The notes beneath the pieces were generated by a model. That model did no database searches. It saw nothing but the letters and a program-made list of their open reading frames with translations, and was not told the origin of the DNA. DNA of 64,000 nucleotides, taken from the NCBI GenBank assembly GCA_965215195.1, contig CBDCDC010000002.1, positions 160,001 through 224,000 of the forward strand. The letters are read 5' to 3'. Made by a program: the position numbers and the translations under genes. Each line of letters opens with the position of its first letter. Positions within the stretch are counted from its first letter, which is position 1. The stretch is from Candidatus Latescibacterota bacterium. Lineage in GTDB: Bacteria; Latescibacterota; UBA2968; UBA8231. This document shows positions 48,895 to 59,340 of the stretch, piece by piece.

Positions 48895-49997
48895 TCTACT
48901 ACCTCGGGATTTACCTGCAAGATGCAGCCGAGGCCCTGTCGTTTTTGCGCTTGGTCGATTCGATCAGCTTTCGCGCACTCTGCGGCGCGATCACTTCGTT
49001 GATCTTCACCATTCTCTGCGGCGGGCGGGTCATCCTCTACTTCTACGGCCGGGGGCACCGCGACATGCCCCGCGACTATCTCAATTTTGAAGCCGTCAGC
49101 AGTCAAGCCAAAACCTACGGCGGCGGCCTAATCGTCGCTGCGATCTTGCTCAGCGTCGGTCTGTGGTGCAAGCTGCACAGCTTCTTTGTGCTGTTCTGCG
49201 TGGGGGCGATTGTCTGGTTTGCCGCGCTCGGCTGGATCGACGACTTCCTCAAGGTGCGCCATCGCTCTAGCGATCGCGGGCTGTCTGAGATGGCCAAGTT
49301 GGCCCTGCAAATAGCCTTTGGGACGGGGTTTGGCATTGCGTACGTCACCTATGCCCTCCCAGCCGAGGCGGCCGGCTTGGCGACCCAGCTCTATGTGCCC
49401 TTTTTCAAAAATCCGCTCCTCGACCTTTCGTGGGGCTATGTGCCTTTTATCGCCTTCACAGTGACGGCCATCTCCAACTCGGTCAATCTCGCCGACGGGA
49501 TCGATGGCTTGGCCATTGTGCCGACTTCTTTTGTCGTGGCCGTCTTTGGGGTGTTCGCCTATGTGTCCAGCCACGCCGAGATCTCGGCGTTCCTCATCTT
49601 TCCCTTTATGCCGGGCGTGGGAGAAGTCGCGGTGATTTGCTCCATCGTCTTTGGGGCCTGCCTCGGCTTTTTGTGGTTTAATTCCTATCCGGCCAACGTC
49701 ATCATGGGCGATACCGGGTCCATGGCGCTGGGCGGCTTGTTGGGCACGGTCGCCGTCTTGGTCAAACAGGAGTTCCTCTTCCTAATCGTCGGGGGGATCT
49801 TCGTCGGCGAGACCCTGTCGGTGGTGATTCAGGAAAAAATTGGCATCCGCTGGCTGGGGCGGCGCTTTTTTACCCGCTCGCCCATTCACCACCACTTTCA
49901 ACAGCGCGGCTTGGCCGACACCAAGATCGTCATTCGCTTCTGGATCGTGGCCGGCATCTTGGCGCTGTGCGGCTTGGCAACGCTCAAGATTCGCTAG
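48891..49997 (+). CDS. mraY: Phospho-N-acetylmuramoyl-pentapeptide transferase
   Basis: GWIDDFLK, SNSVNLADGIDGL, FLWFNSYPANVIMGDTGS, PIHHHF. Confidence 0.95.
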   Translation: MIYYLGIYLQDAAEALSFLRLVDSISFRALCGAITSLIFTILCGGRVILYFYGRGHRDMPRDYLNFEAVSSQAKTYGGGLIVAAILLSVGLWCKLHSFFVLFCVGAIVWFAALGWIDDFLKVRHRSSDRGLSEMAKLALQIAFGTGFGIAYVTYALPAEAAGLATQLYVPFFKNPLLDLSWGYVPFIAFTVTAISNSVNLADGIDGLAIVPTSFVVAVFGVFAYVSSHAEISAFLIFPFMPGVGEVAVICSIVFGACLGFLWFNSYPANVIMGDTGSMALGGLLGTVAVLVKQEFLFLIVGGIFVGETLSVVIQEKIGIRWLGRRFFTRSPIHHHFQQRGLADTKIVIRFWIVAGILALCGLATLKIR

Positions 49998-50476
49998 TTT
50001 GCGCGAGATAGATAGAGGCCATAGGCGCAGAGGAGGACGATGGCAGCGCCTAGCAGGAGGGCCGCGGATGCCGGAAGCGATGCGGGCTGGCCGTTGACTT
50101 CGCGCTGATAGCGGCCGTACTCAGCCGCCAAGAGACTATAGCCGGAAACGAGGGCGGCGACGAGGCCGGCGATGAAGCAGGTGATGACCACAGCGTCGGT
50201 CGAGAACGCGCGGGCCATGCTAGCAGCATACGCGCCCGTGTTGAGCAGCAGGCCGTACCGCGCGGTCAGCAGGCCGTAGAGTACGAGCCCCACGCAGAAC
50301 GAGCCGACGACCAGCGCCGCAAAGATCGACGGCCAGTCGCTGGCCGCAGAGAGTGCCAAGATGCCGGTGCCAAGGACCAAGTGGAGCCACATCCCGACAT
50401 AGGCATAGAAAAAGGGCGCGTGTTCAGACGGCGCGCGCCTCATTAGATAGTGAGCGAAAGTAATGGGCCTCGGCAT
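49994..50476 (-). CDS. Hypothetical integral membrane protein
   Basis: About 5 hydrophobic segments; start MPRPITF chosen because the longer ORF overlaps recG. Confidence 0.65.
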   Translation of the reverse strand: MPRPITFAHYLMRRAPSEHAPFFYAYVGMWLHLVLGTGILALSAASDWPSIFAALVVGSFCVGLVLYGLLTARYGLLLNTGAYAASMARAFSTDAVVITCFIAGLVAALVSGYSLLAAEYGRYQREVNGQPASLPASAALLLGAAIVLLCAYGLYLSRAN

Positions 50477-50530
50477 GGCAATGCGGCCAAAGATAGGCTG
50501 CCGCCCAAGTGCGTCAACGCATGGCCAATC

Positions 50531-52534
50531 ATGGAAATCCTGTCCATCCCCATCGAAAAAGTCAAAGGCGTAGGAGCCAAACGCGCGTCCGCGCTCAAAG
50601 AGGTAGAGATTTTGACGCTGGGCGACTTGTTGTACTATCTGCCGCGCCGCTACCTCGATCGCACGCAGGTTTTGCCCATGGCCCGGGTGCCCATCGGCCA
50701 AGAGGTGACGGTCATCGGCCAAGTGCGCCAGACGCGCTTCATCCCCGGGCCGCGGCCCCGCTTCGTGCTGGTGGTGGCCGACGAGACCGACGATATCACC
50801 TGTACCTTTTTTCAGGGGGGGCGCTACTTGCAGCGCAACTTTGCCGTTGGCGACGAGCTAGCCATAAGCGGCAAGGTTGATCTCTTCCAAGGGCGGCGGC
50901 AGATGGTCCATCCCGAGTACGAATTCGTATTCGGGGAGGAGCGGCTCCACACGGGCGTCGTGGTCCCGCTCTATACGACCAGTGCCGATATGAAGGAGCG
51001 CGGCCTGCGCAGCCGGGGGTTCCGCCGCTTGATAAGCGGGGCGCTGGACGACTATGCCGAGCGGATCGAAGACGATCTGCCCGCATCCTTGCGGCAGCGC
51101 ATGGGCCTCGCAGAGTTGGGCGCTAGTCTGCGCCAAGTGCATTTTCCCGCCAGCCTCGCCGAAGCCGAGCGGGCGCGGCAGCGCTTGGCCTTTGGCGAGC
51201 TGTTTGCCTTCCAACTGCGCTTGGCGCACCGGCGCAAAAAAAACCGCGAGCAGGCCGACGGCATTGCCTTCGCCCCCAGCGCAAAACTGGTGCCGGCCCT
51301 GTGGGATTCCCTGCCGTTTGCCCCCACGCGCGCCCAGCGCCGGGTCGTCGCCGAGATCGCCGCGCAGATGCAGCGTCCCCAAGTTATGAATCGCCTCGTC
51401 CAAGGCGACGTCGGCTCGGGCAAGACCTTGGTGGGCCTGTGCGCCATGCTGACGGCCGTGGAAAACGGCTACCAAGCGGTGCTGATGGCCCCGACCGAGA
51501 TCCTCGCCGAGCAGCACTTTTTTAACATCCAAGCCCTCGTCGCGCCCCTCGGCCTGACGGCGGTCTTCCTCAAGGGCGGCCAGCGCAAGGCCCTGCGGCA
51601 GGAGCTGTTGACGGCCATTGAAAGCGGCGCGGCTCACATTGCGGTGGGCACCCACGCGCTGATTCAGGAGCAGGTGCAATTTGCCCGCTTGGGGCTGGCG
51701 GTCATCGACGAGCAGCACCGCTTTGGGGTGGTGCAGCGCGGCGCGCTCTACAAGAAGGGTGCGAAGCCGGATTTGCTCGTGATGACGGCCACGCCCATTC
51801 CGCGCACTTTGGCCCTGACCCTGTACGGCGAACTCGACGTGTCGGTCATCGACGAGCTGCCCCCGGGGCGCAAGCCGATTCGCACGGCCCTGCGCGGCAG
51901 CGAGTGCCGTGCGGCGATCTTTGAGTTTGCCGGCGATCAGGTGCGCCAAGGGCGGCAAGTGTACGTGGTCTATCCCCTGATCGAAGAGTCGGAAAAGGCG
52001 GATTACAAATCCGCGGTTGAAGCCTACGAAGAGCTGGGCCACGGCCCGTTGGCCGAGTTCGCCGTGGCCTTGCTGCACGGGCGCATGGCGGCCGAGGAAA
52101 AGACCGCGGTCATGGAGGATTTTAAGCAAAACCGCATCCAAGTCCTAGTCTGCACCACGGTCGTGGAGGTCGGGGTGGATGTACCCAACGCCACGGTGAT
52201 GATCATCGAACACGCCGAGCGCTTTGGCTTGGCGCAATTGCACCAGTTGCGCGGCCGCGTGGGGCGCGGTGGCGAGCAGTCGTTTTGCATTCTCATCAGC
52301 TACGCCCGCGCCGGGGCCGAGCTGGCGGATTCGCACGAGCGGCTCCAGACCATGGAGCGCACCCAAGACGGCTTTGCGATCGCGGAAAAGGACTTGCAAC
52401 TGCGCGGCCCGGGCGAGTTTTTCGGCGTGCGCCAGGCCGGGATGCCGGCCTTTAAGGCGGCGGATTTGCTCGCCGACGGAGATTTGCTGCAAAGCGCACG
52501 CCAAGAAGCCGAGCGGATTGCAGCCAGCCAATAG
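50531..52534 (+). CDS. recG: ATP-dependent DNA helicase RecG
   Basis: QGDVGSGKT, MAPTEILAEQH, DEQHRFG, MTATPIPRTL, GLAQLHQLRGRVGRG, RGPGEFFG. Confidence 0.98.
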   Translation: MEILSIPIEKVKGVGAKRASALKEVEILTLGDLLYYLPRRYLDRTQVLPMARVPIGQEVTVIGQVRQTRFIPGPRPRFVLVVADETDDITCTFFQGGRYLQRNFAVGDELAISGKVDLFQGRRQMVHPEYEFVFGEERLHTGVVVPLYTTSADMKERGLRSRGFRRLISGALDDYAERIEDDLPASLRQRMGLAELGASLRQVHFPASLAEAERARQRLAFGELFAFQLRLAHRRKKNREQADGIAFAPSAKLVPALWDSLPFAPTRAQRRVVAEIAAQMQRPQVMNRLVQGDVGSGKTLVGLCAMLTAVENGYQAVLMAPTEILAEQHFFNIQALVAPLGLTAVFLKGGQRKALRQELLTAIESGAAHIAVGTHALIQEQVQFARLGLAVIDEQHRFGVVQRGALYKKGAKPDLLVMTATPIPRTLALTLYGELDVSVIDELPPGRKPIRTALRGSECRAAIFEFAGDQVRQGRQVYVVYPLIEESEKADYKSAVEAYEELGHGPLAEFAVALLHGRMAAEEKTAVMEDFKQNRIQVLVCTTVVEVGVDVPNATVMIIEHAERFGLAQLHQLRGRVGRGGEQSFCILISYARAGAELADSHERLQTMERTQDGFAIAEKDLQLRGPGEFFGVRQAGMPAFKAADLLADGDLLQSARQEAERIAASQ

Positions 52535-52542
52535 GACGTGCC

Positions 52543-53673
52543 ATGAAAAGCAAAAGCCTCATTCCGCCCGCGGATTTCGTCGGGCTCAACGCGGTGACCC
52601 ATCTCTGCACCGGGGGCGAAGGTCCTTGGCTCAAAGGGCAGAGCGCGGTGTACGCGGAATTCGCCCAGTGCAAAAGCAGCGGTGATCGCGGTCGCCGCGC
52701 CCTGTACGCCCGCGGCGAGCGCTGCCGCCAGCGCATGGGGCGGCTGTGGGGTGTGCCGGCCGAGCGGATCGCCTTTATGCCCTCGGCGGCCGAGGGCATG
52801 GCTTGGTTGGCGCGGGGCTTGGACTGGCGGCCGGGCGACAACGTGGTCACCACCAACTTGGAATTTCCCTCGGTGGCGTACAATTGGCGCAACGTGCGCC
52901 GGCAAGGGGTTGAGCTGCGGCTGGTGCCGCATTGCGATTGGTTGGTGCGGGAGGAAGATTTGTTGGCGGCCGTCGACGAGCGCACCCGGGTCTTGGCCGT
53001 GAGTCAAGTCAGCTTCTACACCGGGCAGAACCTCGATGTCGAGCAGCTTGCGGCCGGGCTCGCTGGGCGCGACGCGCTCTTGGCGGTCGATGCGACCCAC
53101 GCCGCAGGTGCGGTCGCCGTGCCGGCCGCGAGCGCCGACTTGTGCGTCAGTTCGTGCTACAAGTGGCTGTTGGCGACGCACGGAGTTGCGCCGTGTTATC
53201 TGAGCCAACGGGCCGAGGCGCACGTGCGCTCCACGGCCTTTGGCTGGCGCAACTTAGCCGTGTGGCCGGCCCAAGGGGCCGAGCGCGCCCCGGACGCCGA
53301 CGAAAAGCCCATGCCCGATAAAATGGAGCCGGGCAATCCGGCCATGGTGGCGGTGCTCTACCTCGACTACGCTTTGGGGCGGCTGTTGGACGTGGGGATT
53401 GAGCGAATAGAGGAGCACAACCGCGACTTATCCGCACAAATCAGCGCCGGGCTGGCGCGTCTAGGGCGGCGGGTCATTTCGCCGAGTGTGCGGCCGCAGC
53501 GCTCGGGCAATACCTGTTTTGCCGACGATGACGCGCATGGATTGTGCGAGGCCCTCGCCGAGCGGGGGGTGTTGGTGTGGGGGGAATACGGGCGGGTGCG
53601 GGTCTCGGGGCATTTGTACAACAACAGCGACGATGTGGAGCGGTTTTTGGCGGTCTTGGGCGAGCTGGTGTAG
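52543..53673 (+). CDS. Class V PLP-dependent aminotransferase / cysteine desulfurase-like
   Basis: LEFPS, VDATHAAG, SCYKWLL, RVSGHLYN. Confidence 0.9.
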   Translation: MKSKSLIPPADFVGLNAVTHLCTGGEGPWLKGQSAVYAEFAQCKSSGDRGRRALYARGERCRQRMGRLWGVPAERIAFMPSAAEGMAWLARGLDWRPGDNVVTTNLEFPSVAYNWRNVRRQGVELRLVPHCDWLVREEDLLAAVDERTRVLAVSQVSFYTGQNLDVEQLAAGLAGRDALLAVDATHAAGAVAVPAASADLCVSSCYKWLLATHGVAPCYLSQRAEAHVRSTAFGWRNLAVWPAQGAERAPDADEKPMPDKMEPGNPAMVAVLYLDYALGRLLDVGIERIEEHNRDLSAQISAGLARLGRRVISPSVRPQRSGNTCFADDDAHGLCEALAERGVLVWGEYGRVRVSGHLYNNSDDVERFLAVLGELV

Positions 53674-53786
53674 GGCGGGCGGGATGAGGAGAACATGACT
53701 TGTAAAGAATTCATTGAAGTTGCTCTGCTGCTCGGTATTAACGCGGCGGTGTGGGCATCAAAAGCAAGGCAGGGGAGTAAACCGAG

Positions 53787-54107
53787 ATGGATGGAGTGAG
53801 TATTGCGCTAGTCATTGTCTCTTTCTTGGCGATAATCGCGTTGTTGATCGCCGTTAGTGTGTTGCGATCGAATGCGACGGCTAATCGCGAAAAGGCAGAC
53901 TTGGCCTCAGTCAACGCTCTACTGGAGAGCGACCTGAAGAACTTAGAGGCATAAGCCGAAGCCGCACGGCAAAAAGCTGGCGAGGTTGACCAACTACGAA
54001 TCACCAACGCGCAGTTGTCCCAGCGTTTGGAGACCGAGTCGGAGTTGCTGACGAAGGCGACGCGGGCCAAAGAAGCCGTTGGTTTGCAAAGTGCCGAAGC
54101 TCGATGA
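53787..54107 (+). pseudogene. Remnant of a TM + coiled-coil gene (RmuC-like N-terminus?) with an internal TAA
   Basis: MDGVSIALVIVSFLAIIALLIAVSVLRS..LESDLKNLEA*AEAARQ..LETESELL; in-frame stop at 53952. Confidence 0.45.
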
Positions 54108-54206
54108 GCGGAAGCTAGCTATGGCCATCATCAATCAAAAGCGCGTAAGAAGCGGTCTGCTGCACCGCGCCTTTAGGCGTGACAAACCCTCGGCGGACCG
54201 CGTTGA

Positions 54207-54266
54207 GTAGCGGTCCAGCGGCCCTCGGCTGGGGCGTTTTTCGCGGGCGAGACGCCCTCGCTCCTA
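54207..54266. repeat. Possible REP-like palindromic element
   Basis: gcgggcgagacgccctcgctcc hairpin preceded by a GTAG-initiated GC-rich segment; single copy in the window. Confidence 0.3.
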
Positions 54267-54506
54267 GATTGTTTGCTGCACCCAAGGGACGGTTCGCGGA
54301 ATTTTCAGACCGCTTCTAAGTAAGATGTAGGATATGTTCCGTCAGGGGCTTAGGTTCTTCATCTGGTGGGCGGCGAGGCTAGGCTTCCACGAAGGTGAAT
54401 ACGAGTGGTGATGAGGCCCCCATTACAACGATTGTGGCCTGATCCGGCCCACAGTATTACCCAAGTAAGGTACGCCATTCGGCGACAGCTACAGAAGGTT
54501 TGCTTT

Positions 54507-54680
54507 ATGAGTACATCTTGGAATTGGCCCGGCGCGCGCTGGTGGCGCGTCGACCTCCATACTCATTCCCCGGCGTCGCATGATTTCGGGAACCGATCGG
54601 ATCGCAACGCTCCAGACTGGAATCGCTGGATTGAAGCCGTACACGATGCTGAAATCCAAGCTGTCGCGATCACGGATCAC
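54507..54680 (+). pseudogene. N-terminal fragment of a PHP-domain + ATPase (TrlF/Ppl-like) protein
   Basis: WNWPGARWWRVDLHTHSPASHDF..AVAITDH, after which similarity breaks off. Confidence 0.7.
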
Positions 54681-55287
54681 GGTCGCCGGTGTGCTGTTAT
54701 GCACTCGCGAGCCGAGACAGTGGATGCCACATGCACAGATTCAGGCGGTGAGCTACGTAGGCGAGCGACATGACATCAACTATCAGACCGACGCCCGCGA
54801 TTTTGGAGGGCCGCTTGATGAACAAGTTTTTGAGGCGTTGCACTTCGTGCGCAGGAATATACGTGTGGCAGCCATGAAAACGATGGCTCGGGTGGATATC
54901 CCTCAATTCAGCCAGCGTGTGGTTTTTGAGGTGCTCGTCAACGCGGTCGCCCACAGAGATTACTCAATGGCGGGTGCGAGGGTACGTCTGCACATGTTCG
55001 GGAACCGTCTCGAACTCTATGTACCGGGAGCACTGGCGAATACGCTCACACCAAACAGTATGGACTTGCGGCAATACAGCCGGAACGAGTTAGTCGTTTC
55101 GCTGCTGGCGCGTTGCCCCGTGCGGGAGGGCGAGGCTCTGGGGCGGGCACGTATGATGGACCGAAGAGGGGACGGTGTGCCGATCATTCTAAACGAGAGC
55201 CGCGAGCTTGCGGGCCGCCTCCCCGAGTACAGCCTGATTGACGACAGCGAGTTGCGGCTGGTGATTTGGGCGGCGCAGCCCAATTAA
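54677..55287 (+). pseudogene. C-terminal fragment of an AlbA/Schlafen-associated HATPase ('RecG C-terminal'-type) protein
   Basis: TVAGVLL, FGGPLDEQV, EVLVNAVAHRDYS, RLELYVPGAL, SRNELV, RGDGVP. Confidence 0.7.
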
Positions 55288-56636
55288 TCGCCAAAAAACT
55301 CGCCGTAGAGCGAGCGCACGGCCGCGGGAATGTCCGCAGCCTTGATGCCGAACATCATGCTGACCTCGCTCGATCCCTGATTGATCATCTCTATGTTGAC
55401 GCCGGCGCGGGCAAAGGCCACGCCGGCGCGGGCCGCCAAGCCAATGGTGTGGTGCATGCCCTCGCCGACGACCATCACCAAGGCGAGGCCGCGGGCGACC
55501 GACAGCTCATCTACCGCTAGCTCGGTGCGGATCCGGCGCAGGACCCGCTCTTCGGCCGCGCGGTTGAAATACGACTCGCGCACGATCACCGACATGTTGT
55601 CAATGCCCGAAGGAGTGTGCTCAAAGGGGATTCCCTCGTCCTCAAAAATGGCCAGCAAGCGGCGGCCAAAGCCCACTTCGCGGTTCATCAGGTACTTGCT
55701 GATGTACGCGCTGCAAAACCCGTCGGTGGCGGCAATGCCAACGACCGGGCGGTCGCCGACTGTGCGCTGGGGGACGATGCGGGTGCCGGGTGCCTGCGGG
55801 TTGTTGGTGTTTTTGACGACGACCGGGATCCCGGCGTGAAACACGGGTTCGAGGGCCTCGTCGTGAAACACGGAAAACCCGGCGTAGGATAGCTCGCGCA
55901 TCTCGCGGTAGGTAATCTCAGAGACGGCGACCGGGTCGGCCACGAGCGCGGGATTGGCCGCAAAGACCGAATCGACATCCGTGAAGTTTTCGTACACGGT
56001 CGCATCGACGGCCGCGGCGAGAATCGCGCCGGTTATGTCCGAGCCGCCGCGCGAGAACGTGACGACCCGGCCGGTGGGCGAATAGCCGAAAAAACCCGGG
56101 AAAATGGTGATGCCCGGCCGGTCTTTGAGCTGGCGCAGCTTGCCGTAGGACGCCTGCAAGACGCGGGCATTGCCCGGCTCTTCCGAGAGAATGAGGCCGG
56201 CCGCGCCCGGGTCGAGGTAGTGGGCTTCGGCCCCGCTGTGGCGCAGGTATTCGGCCACTAGGCGGGCGCAGTTGTCCTCGCCGCCGGCCTTCATGGCGTC
56301 CGCGTAGAGTGCTTGGTCGCTCGTGCTCATGGCCAGCCGCCGCTCAAAATCGGCGACAATGGGCGCGAGCACGGCGTCCGGCAAGCCGAGGTCGCCGACG
56401 ATGGCGGCATAGCGGTCGATGACGTGCGCGAGTGCGGTGCGGCCGTCTTGGTTGGTTAGCTGGGCGCGGACCACCTCGATGAGGAGGTCGGTTACTTTGG
56501 CGTCCGACAGATCGCGCTTGCCCGGGGCCGAGACCACGACGAGCCGGCGCTGAGGATCGGCCGTGACAATGGCGCAGATTTTCTCTATTTGCTCGGCCGA
56601 CGCGAGGGACGAGCCGCCGAATTTGGCTACTTTCAT
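55284..56636 (-). CDS. lysC: Aspartate kinase
   Basis: KVAKFGGSS, VVSAPGKR, FSRGGSDITG, MRELSYAG, two ACT domains. Confidence 0.96.
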   Translation of the reverse strand: MKVAKFGGSSLASAEQIEKICAIVTADPQRRLVVVSAPGKRDLSDAKVTDLLIEVVRAQLTNQDGRTALAHVIDRYAAIVGDLGLPDAVLAPIVADFERRLAMSTSDQALYADAMKAGGEDNCARLVAEYLRHSGAEAHYLDPGAAGLILSEEPGNARVLQASYGKLRQLKDRPGITIFPGFFGYSPTGRVVTFSRGGSDITGAILAAAVDATVYENFTDVDSVFAANPALVADPVAVSEITYREMRELSYAGFSVFHDEALEPVFHAGIPVVVKNTNNPQAPGTRIVPQRTVGDRPVVGIAATDGFCSAYISKYLMNREVGFGRRLLAIFEDEGIPFEHTPSGIDNMSVIVRESYFNRAAEERVLRRIRTELAVDELSVARGLALVMVVGEGMHHTIGLAARAGVAFARAGVNIEMINQGSSEVSMMFGIKAADIPAAVRSLYGEFFGD

Positions 56637-56694
56637 GGCGTTCCTTTGCGAATTGAATAACTGATGTTACGCACCGTTCAGGCGTGGGAGTACT

Positions 56695-57852
56695 ATGGAA
56701 CAACCTATCGCTGCACTCGCACAGCGCAATCGCGAACTGACCATTCTCAACGCCATTGCCCGTCAACTCAACGGCTCGGCCGATCTATCCGCAGCCCTAA
56801 CCGTGGCTTTGGAGCAGATTACCGCGCATTTCGATTTGCAGACCGGGTGGATTTGGTTGCTCGACGAGCAGAGCGGGAAAAGTTATCTGGCGGCCGCGCG
56901 CAATTTGCCCCCGGCCCTCGCGGACGATCCGCGCAGCATGGAGGGCGATTGCTATTGCCTGCGCACCTTCCGCAAGGGCGACTTGCAGGGGGCGGCCAAC
57001 GTCAATGCGGTCGCGTGCAGTCGGCTCGATGGCCGGACCGCCGGGACGGCCGGGTTGCGGCACCACGCCAGCGTACCGCTCTGCGTCCGGGAGAAGAAGC
57101 TGGGAATGCTCAATGTGGTCAGCAGCGATTGGCAAGAGATCGCGAGCGAGGATTTGCGCCTGTTGGAGACGGTTGGGGATATGCTCGGCATTGCCATTGA
57201 GCGGGCGCGCCTTTTCGAGCGGAGCGCGGAATTGGGGGCGGTCGAGGAGCGCAATCGGCTGGCCCGCGAAATCCACGACATCCTCGGCCAAGGCCAAGCG
57301 GCCGTGCTAATGCAGCTAGAGGCCATGGACGCCCTCTTTGAGGCCGGTGCCAAGCGCGAAAAGTTGCAGCGCATCTTGAGCCAGCTCATGGCGATGGTGC
57401 GGGCCAATCTCGAAGAAGTGCGGCGCTCGGTGGTGGACATGCGGGCCGCGTCTTTGGAGGGGTGCTCGCTGGCGGAGGCGCTCGCGGGACTGGCGGCTGC
57501 TGGTACTGGTCCCGATGTCGCGGTCGAAATCGTCGGGCCCCGGCCCCTGCCGTCGCGGGTCGAGGTTGGACTCTACCGCATTGCCCAAGAGGCCCTCGCC
57601 AATGCCCGGCAGCACGCCAACGCCCGGCAGGTGCGCCTCGAACTGGAGATTACACCAGCGGCCGCTACCTTGCGGATCGCAGACGATGGCCGGGGTTTTG
57701 CGCCCGAGCAGTTGTCGGGCGAGCGCTTCGGCCTAGTCGGCTTGAGCGAGCGGGCGCGGCTCTTGGGAGGCCGCTTAGACATAGAGAGTGAACCGGGGCA
57801 GGGGACGCGCATTGCCGCGGTCATTCCCTTGGAGGCCGATGGTGGAAGCTAA
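56695..57852 (+). CDS. GAF-domain sensor histidine kinase (HisKA_3)
   Basis: Cys-containing GAF; ERNRLAREIHD; RIAQEALANARQH; DDGRGF; FGLVGLSER. Confidence 0.93.
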   Translation: MEQPIAALAQRNRELTILNAIARQLNGSADLSAALTVALEQITAHFDLQTGWIWLLDEQSGKSYLAAARNLPPALADDPRSMEGDCYCLRTFRKGDLQGAANVNAVACSRLDGRTAGTAGLRHHASVPLCVREKKLGMLNVVSSDWQEIASEDLRLLETVGDMLGIAIERARLFERSAELGAVEERNRLAREIHDILGQGQAAVLMQLEAMDALFEAGAKREKLQRILSQLMAMVRANLEEVRRSVVDMRAASLEGCSLAEALAGLAAAGTGPDVAVEIVGPRPLPSRVEVGLYRIAQEALANARQHANARQVRLELEITPAAATLRIADDGRGFAPEQLSGERFGLVGLSERARLLGGRLDIESEPGQGTRIAAVIPLEADGGS

Positions 57853-58480
57853 GATACGCATCTTGCTGGTCGACGATCATCCGGTAGTGCGAGCTGGCTT
57901 GGCCGCGATGCTGGAAACGCAAGCGGATTTTGCGATCGTCGGGGAAGCTGGCGACGGAGCCGAGGCCGTGCGCGCGGTCGAGGCGCTGAATCCCGATGTG
58001 GTGCTGATGGATCTGGAAATGCCCGCTACTGACGGCTTGGCGGCCTTAGAGGAACTGGCGCGGAAGGACCTGCCCAACAAGGTCATCGTCTTTACCATTT
58101 TTGACACGGATGAGCGGATTTTGCGCGCCGTGCAGGCCGGAGCGCAGGGCTATCTGCTCAAGAGTGCGCCGCGGGAAGAGGTTTTTCAGGCCATCCGCGC
58201 GGTTCACGCCGGCGGTTCGCTGTTGCAGCCGGTGGTGGCCGTGCGCTTGCTCGGCCACGTCAGCGGCAAGGGGAATGCGCCGGCTGGATTGACGCCGCGC
58301 GAGCGGGAAGTGCTCGAACTGTTGGCCAAGGGGTTGCAGAACAAGGAAATCGCCGCAGTCCTCCACATCGGCGAGCGCACCGCCAAGTTCCACGTCAGTG
58401 CCCTGCTGCGCAAGTTGGGGGCTGGCAACCGCACCGAGGCCGTGGCGCTGGCCGCGCAACAGGGGCTTATTACCGTGTGA
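57839..58480 (+). CDS. NarL/LuxR-family response regulator
   Basis: LVDDHPVVR, DVVLMDLEMP, GYLLK, LTPREREVL..NKEIA. Confidence 0.96.
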   Translation: MVEAKIRILLVDDHPVVRAGLAAMLETQADFAIVGEAGDGAEAVRAVEALNPDVVLMDLEMPATDGLAALEELARKDLPNKVIVFTIFDTDERILRAVQAGAQGYLLKSAPREEVFQAIRAVHAGGSLLQPVVAVRLLGHVSGKGNAPAGLTPREREVLELLAKGLQNKEIAAVLHIGERTAKFHVSALLRKLGAGNRTEAVALAAQQGLITV

Positions 58481-58542
58481 ATTAGCGCCGCCCTGTCCTT
58501 TGGGACAGGCCATATCCTAGCCTAATTGCGGGCCTTTAGACT

Positions 58543-58576
58543 GGTCCTCCGAGCGATTCGGAGGGCCTTTTTTTTT
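58543..58576 (+). terminator. Rho-independent terminator-like hairpin after the response regulator
   Basis: ggtcctccga-gcgat-tcggagggcc followed by T9. Confidence 0.7.
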
Positions 58577-58625
58577 GCGAATTTGAGTAGCGAGCAGGAC
58601 AAACTCATTTGCAAGGAGCAATAGC

Positions 58626-59327
58626 ATGAACGCGGAAAATAAGCGGACCGCCATCGTAACTGGCGCGTCGCGGGGCTTGGGACGGGCCTTGGCGCGAGCC
58701 TTGGCGGACGCGGGTTGGAATCTAATCCTCGATGCGCGGGGTGCTAAAGCACTGGAGGAGGCCAAAGCGGCCTTGTCCTCCCGCACCCAAGTTGTGGCCA
58801 TTCCCGGGGATGTAACCGACCCGGCCCACGGCCGCGCTTTGGCTCGAGCCGCAGCTAAAAGCGGCGGGGTAGATGCGCTGGTCAACAACGCCGGGGCCTT
58901 GGGCCCTAGCCCGCAGCCGCGCCTCCTCGACTATCCGCTCGAAGTCTTGGAGCAGGTATATCGGACAAATGCGTTTGCGCCGTTGGGGCTTGTGCAGGCG
59001 TTGCGCCATCAGCTAGGCCGAGGGGCGCACATAATCAATATCACCAGCGATGCGGCCGTGCAGGGCTACGAGGGGTGGGGCGGCTACGGGTCGAGCAAGG
59101 CGGCCCTGGAGCAGCTTTCCCACGTCCTAGCGGCCGAGCATCCCGAGTGGAAGGTCTATTGGGTTGACCCCGGGGATATGCGCACCGCGATGCATCAGGC
59201 GGCTTTTCCGGGCGAGGACATCAGCGATCGCCCGCTGCCCGAAGAAAGCGTCCCCGGTCTAATCGCCCTGCTCGAAGGGACCTTGCCCAGCGGCCGCTAC
59301 GAGGCGCGCGAATTGACGAACTCGTAA
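58626..59327 (+). CDS. SDR family oxidoreductase
   Basis: VTGASRGLG, LVNNAG, YGSSK, VDPGDMRT. Confidence 0.95.
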   Translation: MNAENKRTAIVTGASRGLGRALARALADAGWNLILDARGAKALEEAKAALSSRTQVVAIPGDVTDPAHGRALARAAAKSGGVDALVNNAGALGPSPQPRLLDYPLEVLEQVYRTNAFAPLGLVQALRHQLGRGAHIINITSDAAVQGYEGWGGYGSSKAALEQLSHVLAAEHPEWKVYWVDPGDMRTAMHQAAFPGEDISDRPLPEESVPGLIALLEGTLPSGRYEARELTNS

Positions 59328-59340
59328 AGGAGGTGTAGCA

